From Octopus vulgaris (lineage: Eukaryota): a DNA stretch of 64,000 nt. The stretch lies in the NCBI GenBank assembly GCA_951406725.2, contig OX597827.1, positions 64,356,001-64,420,000 on the forward strand, in the 5' to 3' direction. Below, piece after piece: positions 25,295 through 39,905 of this stretch (the stretch's first letter is position 1; every line of letters begins with the position of its first letter). The notes beneath the pieces were generated by a model. It was not told where the DNA came from. It did no database searches and saw only the letters and a program-made list of their open reading frames with translations. The translations under genes were made by a program, and so were the position numbers.

Positions 25295-28200
25295 TCTATG
25301 GAATGTTCAATATTCCTTCTTCCCATTCCTCCCCTTTACCTTCAAATACCCCTCTCTGGAATGTTAAATATTCCTTCTTCCCATTCCTCCCCTTCACCTT
25401 CAAATCCCCCTCTCTGAAATGTTCAATATTCCTTCTTCCCATTCCTCCCCTTTACCTTCAAATCCCCCTCTCAGGAATGTTCAATATTCCTTCTTCACAT
25501 TCCCCCCCTTTATCTTCAAATCCCCCTCTCTGGAATGTTCAATATTCCTTTTTCCCATTCCTCCCCTTGACCTTCAAATCCCCCTCGATGGAATGTTCAA
25601 TATTCCTTCTTCCCATTCCTCCCCTTCACCTTCAAATCCCCCTCTCTGGAATGTTCAATATTCCTTCTTCCCATTCCCCCCCTTTACCTTTAAATCGCCC
25701 TCTAAGGAATGTTCAATATTCCTTCTTCACATTCCACCCATTCACCTTTAAATCCCCCCCTCTGGAATGTTGAATATTCCTTCTTCCCATTCCTCCCCTT
25801 CACCTTCAAATCCAACTGTATGGAATGTTCAATATTCCTTCTTCCTATTCCTCCCCTTTACCTTTAAATCCCACACTCTGGAATGTTGAATACTCCTTCT
25901 TCCCATTCCTCCCCTTCACCTTCAAATCCCCCCCTCTGGAATGTTAAATATTCCTACTTCCCATTCCACCCATTCACCTTCAAATCCCCGTCTCTGGAAT
26001 GTTCAATATTCTTTCTTCCCATTCCACCCATCCATCTTCAAATCCCCCTCTCTGGAATGTTGAATATTCCTTTTTCCCATTCCCCCCCTTCACCTTCAAA
26101 TTCCCCCCTCTGGAATGTTGAATATTCCTTCTTCCCATTCCACCCATTCACCTTCAAATATCCCTCCCTGGAATGGTGAATATTCCTTCTTCCCATTCCT
26201 CCCCTTCACCTTCAAATCCCCCCTCTGGAATGTTGAATATTCCTTCTTCCCATTCCTCCCCTTTACCTTCAAATCCCCCTCTCTGGAATGTTCAATATTC
26301 CTTCTTCCCATTCCTCCCCTTCACCTTCAAATCCCCCCCCCTGGAATGTTGAATATTCCTTCTTCACATTCCTCCCCTTCACCTTCAAATCCCCCCTCTG
26401 GAATGTTGAATATTCCTTCTCCACATTCAACCCATTCACCTTCAAATCCCCCTCTCTGGAATGTTGAATATTCCTTCTTCCCATTCCTCCCCTTCACCTT
26501 CATATCCACCCCTCTGGAATGTTGAAAATTCCTTCTTACCATTCCTCCCCTTTACCTTCAAATCCCCCTCTCTGGAATGTCCAATATTACTTCTTCCCAT
26601 TCCACCCATTCACCTTCAAATCCCCCTCTCTGGAATGTTCAATATTGCTTCTTCCCATTCCTCCCATTCACCTTCAAATCCCCCCCTCTGGAATGTTGAA
26701 TATTCCTTCTTCCCATTCCTCCCCTTCACCTTCAAATCCCCCCTCTGGAATGTTCAATATTCCTTCTTCCCATTCCACCCATTCACCTTCAAATCCCCCT
26801 CTCTGGAATGTTCAATATTCCTTTTTCCCATTCCTCCCCTTCACCTTCAAATCTCCCTCTCTGGAATGTTGAATATTACTTCTTACCACTCCTCCCCTTC
26901 ACCTTCAAATCTCCCTCTCTGGAATGTTGAATATTACTTCTTACCACTCCTCCCATTCACCTTCAAATCCCCACCTCTGGAATGTTCAATATTCCTTCTT
27001 CACATTCCACCCATTCACCTTCAAATCCCCCTCTCTGGAATGTTCAATATTCCTTCTTTCCATTCCTCCCAATCACCTTCAAATCCCCCTCTCTGGAATG
27101 TTGAATATTCCTTCTTTCCATTCCTCCACTTCACCTTCAAATCCCCCTCTCTGGAATGTTGAATATTCCTTCTTCCCATTCCTCCCCTTCACCTTCAAAT
27201 CCCCCTCTCTGGAATGTTCAATATTCCTTCTTCCCATTCCTCCCCTTCACCTTCAAATCCCCCTCTCTGGAATGTTGAATATTCCTTCTTCCCATTCCTT
27301 ACCTTCACCTTCAAATCCCCCTCTCTGGAATGTTGAATATTCCTTCTTCCCATTCCTCCCCTTTACCTTCAAATCCCACTCTCTGGAATGTTCAATATGC
27401 CTTCTTCCCATTCCACCCATTCACCTTCAGATCCCCCTCTCTGCAATGTTAAATAGAGTGGGATTTGAAGGTGAAGCGGAGGAATGGGAAGAAGGAATAT
27501 TGAACATTCCAGAGAGGGAGATTTGGAGGTGAAGGGGAGGAATAGGAAGAAGGAATATTGAACATTCCATAGAGGGGGATTTGAAGGTGAAGGGGAGGAA
27601 TGGGGAGAAAGAATATTGAACATTCCAGAGAAGGGGATTTGAAGGTGAAGGGGAGGAATGGGAAGAAGGAATATTGAACATTCCAGAGAGGGGGATTTGA
27701 AGGTTAAGGGGAGGAAGGGGAAGAAGGAATATTGAACATTCCAGAAAGGGGGATTTGAAGGTAAAGGGGAAGAATGGGAAAAAGGAATATTGAACATACC
27801 AGAGAGGGGGATTTGAAGGTGATGGGGAGGAAGAGTAGGAAGGAATATTGAACATTCCAGAGAGGGGGATTTGAAGGTAAAGGGGAAGAATGGGAAAAAG
27901 GAATATTGAACATACCAGAGAGGGGGATTTGAAGGTGATGGGGAGGAAGAGTAGGAAGGAATATTGAACATTCCAGAGAGTGGGATTTGAAGGTGCAGGG
28001 GAGGAAGGAATATTGAACATTCCAGAGAGGGGGATTTGAAGGTGATGGGGAGGAAGGGTAGGAAGGAATATTGAATATTCTAGAGAGTGGGATTTGAAGG
28101 TGCAGGGGAGGAAGGAATATTGAACATTCCAGAGAGGGAGATTTGGAAGTGAAGGGGAGGAATGGGAAGAAGGAATATTGAACATTCCATAGAGGGGGAT

Positions 28201-28472
28201 TTGAAGATGAAGGGAGGAAGGAATATTGAACATTCCAGAGAAGGGGATTGGAAGGTGAGGAGGAGGAATTGGATGAAGGAATATTCAACATTCCAGTGAG
28301 TGGGATTTGAAGGTAAAAGGGTGGAATGGGAAGAAGGAATATTGAACATTCCAGAGAGGGGGATTTGAAGGTGAAGGGGAGGAAAGGGAGGAAGGCATAC
28401 TGAACATTCCAGAGAGGGGGATTTGAAGGTGAAATGGAGGTAGGGGAAGAAGGAATATTGAACATTCCAAAG
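25295..28472. repeat. Satellite C main block, 58-bp unit, with an internal inversion at ~27455
   Basis: Unit TGGAATGTTCAATATTCCTTCTTCCCATTCCTCCCCTTCACCTTCAAATCCCCCTCTC. Pyrimidine strand on + up to ~27455, purine strand on + thereafter. Confidence 0.97.
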
Positions 28473-28475
28473 AGG

Positions 28476-29290
28476 TATCTATAAATAGAAACTATAAATA
28501 GAATCTATAAGTAGAATCTGTAAATAGAATCTATAAATAGATTCCTTCCTCCACTTCCTCCCCCTTCCTCCCGGTTTGAACCGGTTTGAACCAGTTTGAA
28601 CCGGTTTGAACTGGTTTGACCCGGTTTGAACCGGTTTGAACCAGTTTGAACTGGTTTGATACGGTTTAAACCGGACCAAACCGGTACAAATCGAATAAAA
28701 CCGGTTCAAGCCGGATCAAAATGTCTGATGAAAATGTTAGATGAAAATGTTTGATGAAAGTGTTTGAACTGGTTTGAACTGTTTTGATCCTGTTTGAACC
28801 GGTTTGAACCGGTTTGAACCAGTTTGAACCGGTTTGAACCAGTTTGAACCGGTTCGAACTGGTAAGACCCGGTTTGAACCGGTTTGAACTGGTTTGACCC
28901 GGTTTGAACCGGTTTGAACCAGTTTGAACGGGTTTGATACTGTTCAAACTGGACAAAACCGGTACAAATCAAATCCGGTTGAGACCGGATCAAAATGTCT
29001 GATGAAAATGTTTGATGAAAATGTTTGATGAAAATGTTTGATGAAAATGTCTGATGAAAATGTCTGATGAAAAATGTTTGATGAAAATGTCTAATGAAAA
29101 ACGTTTGATGAAAGTGTTTGATGAAAGTGTGTGAACCGGTTTGATCCGGTTTAAACCGGTTTGAACCAGTTTGAACCAGTTTGAACCGTTTTGAATTGGT
29201 TAGATCCGGTTTGAACTTGTTTGATGTGGTTGATCCGGTTTGAGCCGGTTTGAACCGGTTTAATGTTTGATGAAAATGTCTGATGAAAAT
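28476..29290. repeat. Junction cassette: D, C fragment, B, A, B, A, B, A
   Basis: A closely related cassette recurs at 55406-55990 and, inverted, at 58776-59268. Confidence 0.9.
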
Positions 29291-32200
29291 TTATTTGTAG
29301 ATTCTATTTATAGATTCTATTTATATATTCTATTTATAGATTCTATTTATAGATACTATTTATAGATTCTATTTATAGATTCTATTTATAGATTCTATTT
29401 ATAGATTCTATTTATAGATTCTATTTATAGATTCTATTTATAGATTCTATTTATAGATTCTATTTATAGATACAATTTATTTACTTATTTATTTATTTAG
29501 AGATTCTATTAACAGATTCTATTTATAGATTCTATTAATAGATTCTATTAATAGATTCTATTTATAGATTCTATTTATAGATTCTATTAATAGATTCTAT
29601 TTATAGATTCTATTTATAGATTCTATATATAGATTCTATTTATAGATTCTATTTATTTATTTATTTATTTATTTATAGATTCTATTAACAGATACTATTT
29701 ATAGATTCTATTAATAGATTCTATTAATAGATTATATTTATAGATTCTATTTATAGATTCTATTTATAGATTCTTTTTATAAATTCTATTTATAGATTCT
29801 ATTCATTTATTTATTTATTTATTTATAGATTCTATTTATAGATTCTTTTTATAGATTCTATTTATAGATGCTATTTATAGATTCTATTTATAGATTCTAT
29901 TTATAGATTCTATTTATAGATTCTATTTATAGATTCTATTTATAGATACAATTTATTTACTTATTTATTTATTTATAGATTCTATTTATAGATTCTATTT
30001 ATAGATTCTATTAATAGATTCTATTAATAGATTCTATTAATAGATTCTATTTATAGATACTATTTATAGATTCTATTTATAGATTCTATTTATAGATTCT
30101 ATTAATAGATTCTATTAATAGATTCTATTTATAGATTCTATTTATAGATTCTATTTATAGATTCTATTAATAGATTCTATTTATAGATTCTATTTATTTA
30201 TTAATTTATTTTTTAATTTATAGATTCTATTTATAGATACTATTTATAGATTCTATTAATAGATTCTATTTATAGATTCTATTTATAGATTCTATTTATA
30301 GATACAATTTATTTACTTATTTATTTATTTATAGATTCTATTAATAGATTCTATTTATAGATTCTATTAATAGATTCTATTAATAGATTCTATTTATAGA
30401 TTCTATTTATAGATTCTATTAATAGATTCTATTTATAGATTCTATTTATAGATTCTATATATAGATTCTATTTATAGATTCTATTTATTTATTAATTTAT
30501 TTTTTTATTTATAGATTCTATTTATAGATTCTATTTATAGATTCAATTTATAGATTCTATTTATAGATTCTATTTATAGATTCTATTTACTTATTTATTT
30601 ATAGATTCTATTTATTAATAGATTCTATTAATAGATTCTATTTATAGATTCTATTTATAGATTCTATTAATAGATTCTATTTATAGATTCTATTTATAGA
30701 TTCTAATTATAGATTCTATTTATAGATTCTATTTATAGATTCTATTTATAGATTCTATTTATAGATTCTATTTATAGATTCTATTAATAGATTCTATTTA
30801 TAGATTCTATTTATAGATTCTATTTATAGATTCTATTTATAGATTCTATTAATAGATTCTATTTATAGATTCTATTTATATATTCTATATATAGATTCTA
30901 TTTATAGATTCTATTTATTTATTTATTTATTTATTTATAGATTCTATTTATAGATTCTCTTTATAGATTCTATTTATAGATTCTATTTATAGATTCTATT
31001 TATAGATTCTATTTATAAATACAATTTATTTACTTATTTATTTATTTATAGATTCTATTAACAGATTCTATTTATAGATTCTATTAATAGATTCTATTTA
31101 TTTATTTATTTATTTATAGATTCTATTTATAGATTCTATTTATAGATTCTATTTATAGATTCTATTTATAGATTCTATTTATAGATTCTATTTATTTATT
31201 TATTTATTTATAGATTCTATTTATAGATTCTATTTATAGATTCTATTTATAAATTCTATTTATAGATTCAATTTATAGATTCTATTTATAGATACTATTT
31301 ATAGATTCTATTAATAGATTCTATTTATAGATTCTTTTTATAGATTCTATTTATAGATACAATTTATTTAATTATTTATTTATTTATAGATTCTATTAAT
31401 AGATTCTATTTATAGATTCTATTAATAGATTCTATTAATAGATTCTATTTATAGATTCTATTTATAGATTCTATTTATTTATTTATTTATTCATAGATTC
31501 TATTTATAGATTCTATATATAGATTCTATTTATAGATTCTATTTATTTATTAATTAATTTATTTATTTATAGATTCTATTTATAGATTCTATTTATAGAT
31601 TCTATTTATAGATTCTATTTATAGATTCTATTTATAGATTCTATTTATAGATTCTATTTACTTATTTATTTATAGATTCTATTTATTAATAGATTCTATT
31701 AATAGATTCTATTTATAGATTCTATTTATAGATTCTATTAATAGATTCTATTTATAGATTCTATTTATAGATTCTATATATAGATTCTATTTATAGATTC
31801 TATTTATTTATTTATTTATTTATTTATTTATAGATTCTATTTATAGATTCTATTTATAGATTCTATTTATAGATTCTATTTATAGATTCTATTTATAGAT
31901 TCAATTTATAGATTCTTTTTATAGATTCAATTAATAGATTCTATTAATAGATTCTATTTATAGATTCTATTAATAGATTCTATTTATAGATTCTATTTAT
32001 AGATTCTATTTATACATTCTATTTATAGATTCTATTTAGTTATTTATTTCTGTATTTATTTATTTATTTATAGATTCTATTTATAGATTATATTTATAGA
32101 TTCTATTTATAGATTCTATTTATAGATTCTATTTATAGATTCTATTTATAGATACAATTTATTTACTTATTTATTTATTTATAGATTCTATTTATAGATT

Positions 32201-34870
32201 CTATTTATAGATTCTATTAATAGATTCTATTAATAGATTCTATTTATAGATTCTATTTATAGATTCTATTAATAGATTCTATTTATAGATTCTATTTATA
32301 GATTCTATATATAGATTCTATTTATAGATTCTATTTATTTATTTATTTATTTATTTATTTATAGATTCTATTTATAGATTCTATTTATAGATTCTATTTA
32401 TAGATTCTATTTATAGATTCTATTTATAGATACAATTTATTTACTTATTTATTTATTTATAGATTCTATTTATAGATTCTATTTATAGATTCTATTTATA
32501 GATTCTATTAATAGATTCTATTTATAGATTCTATTAATAGATTCTATTAATAGATTCTATTTATAGATTCTATTTATAGATTCTATATATAGATTCTATT
32601 TATAGATTCTATTTATTTATTTATTTATTTATAGACTCTATTTATAGATTCTATTTATAGATTCTATTTATAGATTCTATTTATAGATTCTATTTATAGA
32701 TTCTATTTATAAATACAATTTATTTACTTATTTATTTATTTATAGATTCTATTAACAGATTCTATTTATAGATTCTATTAATATATTCTATTTATTTATT
32801 TATTTATTTATAGATTCTATTTATAGATTCTATTTATAGATTCTATTTATAGATTCTATTTATAGATTCTATTTATAGATTCTATTTATAGATTCTATTT
32901 ATTTATTTATTTATTTATAGATTCTATTTATAGATTCTATTTATAGATTCTATTTATAGATTCAATTTATAGATTCTATTTATAGATACTATTTATAGAT
33001 TCTATTAATAGATTCTATTTATAGATTCTTTTATAGATTCTATTTATAGATACAATTTATTTAATTATTTATTTATTTATAGATTCTATTAATAGATTCT
33101 ATTTATAGATTCTATTAATAGATTCTATTAATAGATTCTATTTATAGATTCTATTTATAGATTCTATTTATTTATTTATTTATTCATAGATTCTATTTAT
33201 AGATTCTATATATAGATTCTATTTATAGATTCTATTCATTTATTAATTAATTTATTTATTTATAGATTCTATTTATAGATTCTATTTATAGATTCTATTT
33301 ATAGATTCTATTTACTTATTTTTTTATAGATTCTATTTATTAATAGATTCTATTAATAGATTCTATTTATAGATTCTATTTATAGATTCTATTAATAGAT
33401 TCTATTTATAGATTCTATTTATAGATTCTATATATAGATTCTATTTATAGATACTATTTATTTATTTATTTATTTATTTATTTATAGATTCCATTTATAG
33501 ATTCTATTTATAGATTCTATTTATAGATTCTATTTATAGATTCTATTTATAGATTCTTTTTATAGATTCTATTAATAGATTCTATTAATAGATTCTATTT
33601 ATAGATTCTATTTATAGATTCTATTAATAGATTCTATTTATAGATTCTATTTATATATTCTATATATAGATTCTATTTATAGATTCTATTTATTTTTATT
33701 TTTTTATTTATTTATAGATTCTATTTATAGATTCTATTTATAGATTCTATTTATAGATTCTATTTATAGATTCTATTTATAGATACAATTTATTTACTTA
33801 TTTATTTATTTATAGATTCTATTAACAGATTCTATTTATAGATTCTATTAATAGATTCTATTAATAGATTCTATTTATAGATTCTCTTTATAGATTCTAT
33901 TAATAGATTCTATTTATAGATTCTATTTATAGATTCTATTTATAGATTCTATTTATAGATTCAATTTATTTATTTATTTATTTATTTATTTATAGATTCT
34001 ATTTATAGATTCTATTCATAGATTCTATTTATAGATTCTATTTATAGATTCTATTTATAGATTCTATTTATAGATTCTATTTATAGATACAATTTATTTA
34101 CTTATTTTTTTATTTATAGATTCTATTTATAGATTCTATTTATAGATTCTATTAATAGATTCTATTTATAGATTCTATTAATAGATTCTTTTAATAGATT
34201 CTATTAATAGATTCTATTAATAGATTCTATTTATAGATTCTATTTATAGATTCTATATATAGATTATATTTATAAATTCTATTTATTTATTTAGTTATAT
34301 ATAGATTCTATTTATAGATTCTATTTATAGATTCTATTTATAGATTCTATTTATAGATTCTATTTATAGATTCTATTTATAGATATAAATAGTATCTATA
34401 AATAGAATCTATAAATAGAATCTATAAATAAAAATAAATAAATAAATAAATAAATAGTATCTATAAATAGAATCTATAAATAGAATCTATAAATAGAATC
34501 TATAAATAGAATCTATCGATAGAATCTATAAATAGAATCTATAAATAGAATCTATAAATAGAATCTATAAATAAATAAATAAATAAATAAATATTATCTA
34601 TAAATAGAATCTATTAATAGAATCTATAAATAGAATCTATAAATAAATAAATAAATAAATAAATAAATAGAATCTATAAATAGAATCTATAAATAGAATC
34701 TATAAATAGAATCTATAAATAAATAAAAAAATAAATAAATAGAATTTATAAATAGAATCTATAAATAGAATCTATAAAAAGAATCTATAAATAAATAAAT
34801 AAATAAATAGTATCTATAAATAGAATCTATAAATAGAATCTATAAATAGAATCTATATATAAATTAATAA

Positions 34871-34910
<40 letters not shown>

Positions 34911-35146
34911 AAAGAATCTATTAATAGGATCTATAAATAGAATCTATAAATAGAATCTATAAATAGAATCTATAAATAGAATCTATAAATCGAATCTATA
35001 AATAGAATCTATAAATAGTATCTATAAATAGAATCTATAAATAGAATCTATAAGTAGAATCTATAAATAAATAAATAAATAAATAAATAATTAGTATCTA
35101 TAAAAATAATCTATAAAGAGAATCTATAAATAGAATCTATAAATAG
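29291..35146. repeat. Satellite D, 13-bp unit GATTCTATTTATA with (TTTA)n interruptions
   Basis: Forward up to ~34383, then reverse complement (TATAAATAGAATC). Confidence 0.98.
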
Positions 35147-38122
35147 ATTATGTATATATATGCCAATTAGGTATATATATATGCAAATTATGTATATATA
35201 TGCAAATTATGTATATATATATATGCAAATTATGTATTTATTTTTGCAAATTATGTATATATATATGCAAATTATGTATATATATATGCAAATTATGTAC
35301 ATATATATGCAAATTATGTATATATATATATATATATATGCAAATTATGTATATATATATGCAAATTATCTATATATATAAATATGAAATTATGTATATA
35401 TATGCAAATTATGTATATATATGCAAATTATGTATATATATATGCAAATTATGTATATATATATATATATATGCAAATTATGTATATATATATGAAAATT
35501 ATGTATATATATGCAAATTATGTATAGATATATTTAAATTATGTATATATATATGCAAATTATGTATATATATACATAATTTGCATATATATACATAATT
35601 TGCATATATATGCAAATTATGTATATATTTATGCAAATTATGTATATATATATGGAAATTATGTATATATATATGGACATTATGTATATATATATGCAAA
35701 TTATGTATATATATATATATGCAAATTATGTATATATATATGCAAATTATGTATATATATATATGCAAATTATGTATATATATATGCAAATTATGTATAT
35801 AAATATTCAAATTATGTATATATATATATGAGAATTATGTATATATATATGCAAATTATGTATATATATATTCAAATTATGTTTATATGCAAATTATGTA
35901 TATATATATGCAAATTATATATATATATTCAAATTACGTATATATATATGCAAATTATGTATATATATGCAAATTATGTATATATATGATAATTATGTAT
36001 ATATATATGCAAATTATGTATATATATATATAGCAAATTATGTATATATATATATGCAAATTATGTATATATTATATGCAAATTATATATATATGCAAAT
36101 TATGTATATATATATGCAAATTATGTATATATATATGCAAATTATGTATATATATATATATATGCAAATTATGTATATATATATGAAAATTATGTATATA
36201 TATGCAAATTATGTATAGATATATTTAAATTATGTATATATATATGCAAATTATGTATATATATACATAATTTGTATATATATACATAATTTGCATATAT
36301 ATGCAAATTATGTATATATTTATGCAAATTATGTATATATATATGGAAATTATGTATATATATATATGGACATTATGTATATATATATGCAAATTATGTA
36401 TATATATATATATGCAAATTATGTATATATATATGCAAATTATGTATATATATATATGCAAATTATGTATATATATATGCAAATTATGTATATAAATATT
36501 CAAATTATGTATATATATATGAGAATTATGTATATATATATGCAAATTATGTATATATATATGCAAATTATGTTTATATGCAAATTATGTATATATATAT
36601 GCAAATTATATATATATATTCAAATTACGTATATATATATGCAAATTATGTATATATATGCAAATTATGTATATATATGCAAATTATGTATATATATATG
36701 CAAATTATGTATATATATGCAAATTATGTATATATATATATGCAAATTATGTATATATATATGCAAATTACGTATATATATGCAAATTATGTATATATAT
36801 GCAAATTATGTATATATATATATGCAAATTATGTATATATATATATATGCAAATTATGTATATATATATATGAAAATTATGTATATATATGCAAATTATG
36901 TATAAATATATGCAAATTATGTATATATATATGCAAATTATGTATATATATATGCAAATTATGTATATATATGCCAATTATGTATATATATATGCAAATT
37001 ATGTATATATATATGCAAATTATGTATATATATATGCAAATTATGTATTTATTTTTGCAAATTATGTATATATATATGCAAATTATGTTTATATATATGC
37101 AAATTATGTATATATATATGCAAATTATGTATACATATATATATGCAAATTATGTATATATATATATGCAAATTATCTATATATATATATGAAATTATGT
37201 ATATATATGCAAATTATGTATATATAGATATGCAAATTATGTATATATATATATGCAAATTATGTATATATATGCAAATTATGTATTTATTTTTGCAAAT
37301 TATGTATATATATATGCAAATTATGTTTATATATATGCAAATTATGTATATATATATGCAAATTATGTATATATATATGCAAATTATCTATATATATATA
37401 TGAAATTATGTATATATATGCAAATTATGTATATATATGCAAATTATGTATATATATATATGCAAATTATGTATATATATATGCAAATTATGTATATATA
37501 TATGAAAATTATGTATATATATGCAAATTATGTATAGATATATGCAAATTATGTATATATATATGCAAATTATGTATATATATATGCAAATTATGTATAT
37601 TTAGATATGCAAATTATGTATATATATATGCAAATTATATATATATATATGCCAATTATGTATATATATATGCAAATTATGTATATATATATGCAAATTA
37701 TGTATATATATATTGAAATTAAGTATATATATATGCAAATTATGTATATATATATGCAAATTATGTATATATATATGCAAATTATGTATATATATATATG
37801 CAAATTATGTATATATATATGCAAATTATGTATATATATATATATGCAAATTATGTATATATATATGCAAATTATGTATATATATATGCAAATTATGTAT
37901 ATATATATGCAAATTATGTATATATATATATGCAAATTATGTATATAAATATTCAAATTATGTATATATATGCAAATTATGTATATATATATGCAAATTA
38001 TGTATATATATATGCAAATTACGTATATATATGCAAATTATGTATATATATGCAAATTATGTATATATATGCAAATTATGTATATATATATATGCAAATT
38101 ATGTATATATATATGCAAATTA
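35147..38122 (+). repeat. Satellite E block 1, unit TATGCAAATTATG(TA)n
   Basis: ~20-26-bp units with variable TA tract. Short inverted patches at ~35572 and ~36264. Confidence 0.98.
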
Positions 38123-39637
38123 ATATATTCTATTTATAGATTCTATTTATAGATTCTATTAATAGATTCTATTTATAGATTCTATTTATAGATTCTATAT
38201 ATAGATTCTATTTATAGATTCTATTTATTTATTTATTTATTTATAGATTCTATATATAGATTCTATTTATAGATTCTATTTATAGATTCTATTTATAGAT
38301 TCTATTTATAGATTCTATTTATAGATTATATTAATAGATTATATTAATAGATTCTATTTATAGATTCTATTTATAGATTCTATTTATAGATTCTATTAAT
38401 AGATTCCATTTATAGATTCTATTTATATATTCTATATATAGATTCTATTTATAGATTCTATTCATTTATTTATTTATTTATTTATTTATAGATTCTATTT
38501 ATAGATTCTATTTATAGATTCTATTTATAGATTCTATTTATAGATTCTATTTATAGATTCTTTTTATAGATTCTATTAAAAGATTCTATTAATAGATTCT
38601 ATTTATAGATTCTATTTATAGATTCTATTAATAGATTCTATTTATAGATTCTATTTATATATTCTATATATAGATTCTATTTATAGATTCTATTTATTTA
38701 TTTATTTATTTATTTATTTATAGATTCTATTTATAGATTCTATTTATAGATTCTATTTATAGATTCTATTTATAGATTCTATTTATAGATTCTATTTATA
38801 GATACAATTTATTTACTTATTTATTAATTTATAGATTCTATTAACAGATTCTATTTATAGATTCTATCAATAGATTCTATTAATAGATTCTATTTATAGA
38901 TTCTATTTATAGATTCTATTAATAGATTCTATTCATAGATTCTATTTATAGATTCTATATATAGATTCTATTTATAGATTCTATTTATTTATTTATTTAT
39001 TTATTTATAGATTCTATTTATAGATTCTATTTATAGATTCTATTTATAGATTCTATTTATAGATTCTATTTATAGATACAATATATTTATTTTTTTTATT
39101 TATAGATTCTATTTATAGATTCTATTTATAGATTCTATAATTAGATTCTATTTATAGATTCTATTAATAGATTCTATTAATAGATTCTATTAATAGATTC
39201 TATTTCTAGATTCTATTTATAGATTCTATAAATGGATTATATTTATATATTCTATTTATTTATTTATTTATTTATAGATTCTATTTATAGATTCTATTTA
39301 TAGTTTCTATTTATAGATTCTATTTATAAATTCTATTTATATATTCTATTTATAGATTCTATTAGTATCTATAAATAGAATCTATAAATAGAATCTATAA
39401 ATAAATAATTAAATAAATAAATAAATAGTATCTATAAATAGAATCTATAAATAGAATCTATAAATAGAATCTATAAATAAATAAATAAATAAATAAATAA
39501 ATAGAATCTATAAATAGTATCTATAAATAGAATCTATAAATAGAATCTATAAATAAATAAATAAATAAAGAGTATCTATAAATAGAATCTATAAATAGAA
39601 TCTATAAATAGAATCTATATATAAATAAATAAATGAA

Positions 39638-39668
<31 letters not shown>

Positions 39669-39905
39669 ATAGATTCTATTAATAGGATCTATAAATAGAA
39701 TCTATAAAAAGAATCTATAAATAGAATCTATAAATAGAATCTATAAATCGAATCTATAAATAGAATCTATAAATAGTATCTATAAATAGAATCTATAAAT
39801 AGAATCTATAAGTAGAATCTATAAATAAATAAATAAATAAATAAATAATTAGTATCTATAAATAGAATCTATAAAGAGAATCTATAAATAGAATCTATAA
39901 ATAGA
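38123..39905. repeat. Satellite D, forward then reverse (switch ~39363)
   Basis: Read directly. Confidence 0.97.

Noticed and set aside
22471-28472. CRISPR-like appearance (constant linker or core with variable intervening sequence)
   Set aside because: The intervening sequences are themselves repeats rather than unique spacers, there are no cas genes, and the context is eukaryotic.
15158-29000. Many ORFs with FHQTFSSNIFIKH, NRFKPVQTGS or PPLWNVQYSF repeats
   Set aside because: Unit lengths of 13, 10 and 58 bp are not multiples of three, the same peptide appears in all frames, and indels are frame-blind. These are satellite translations.
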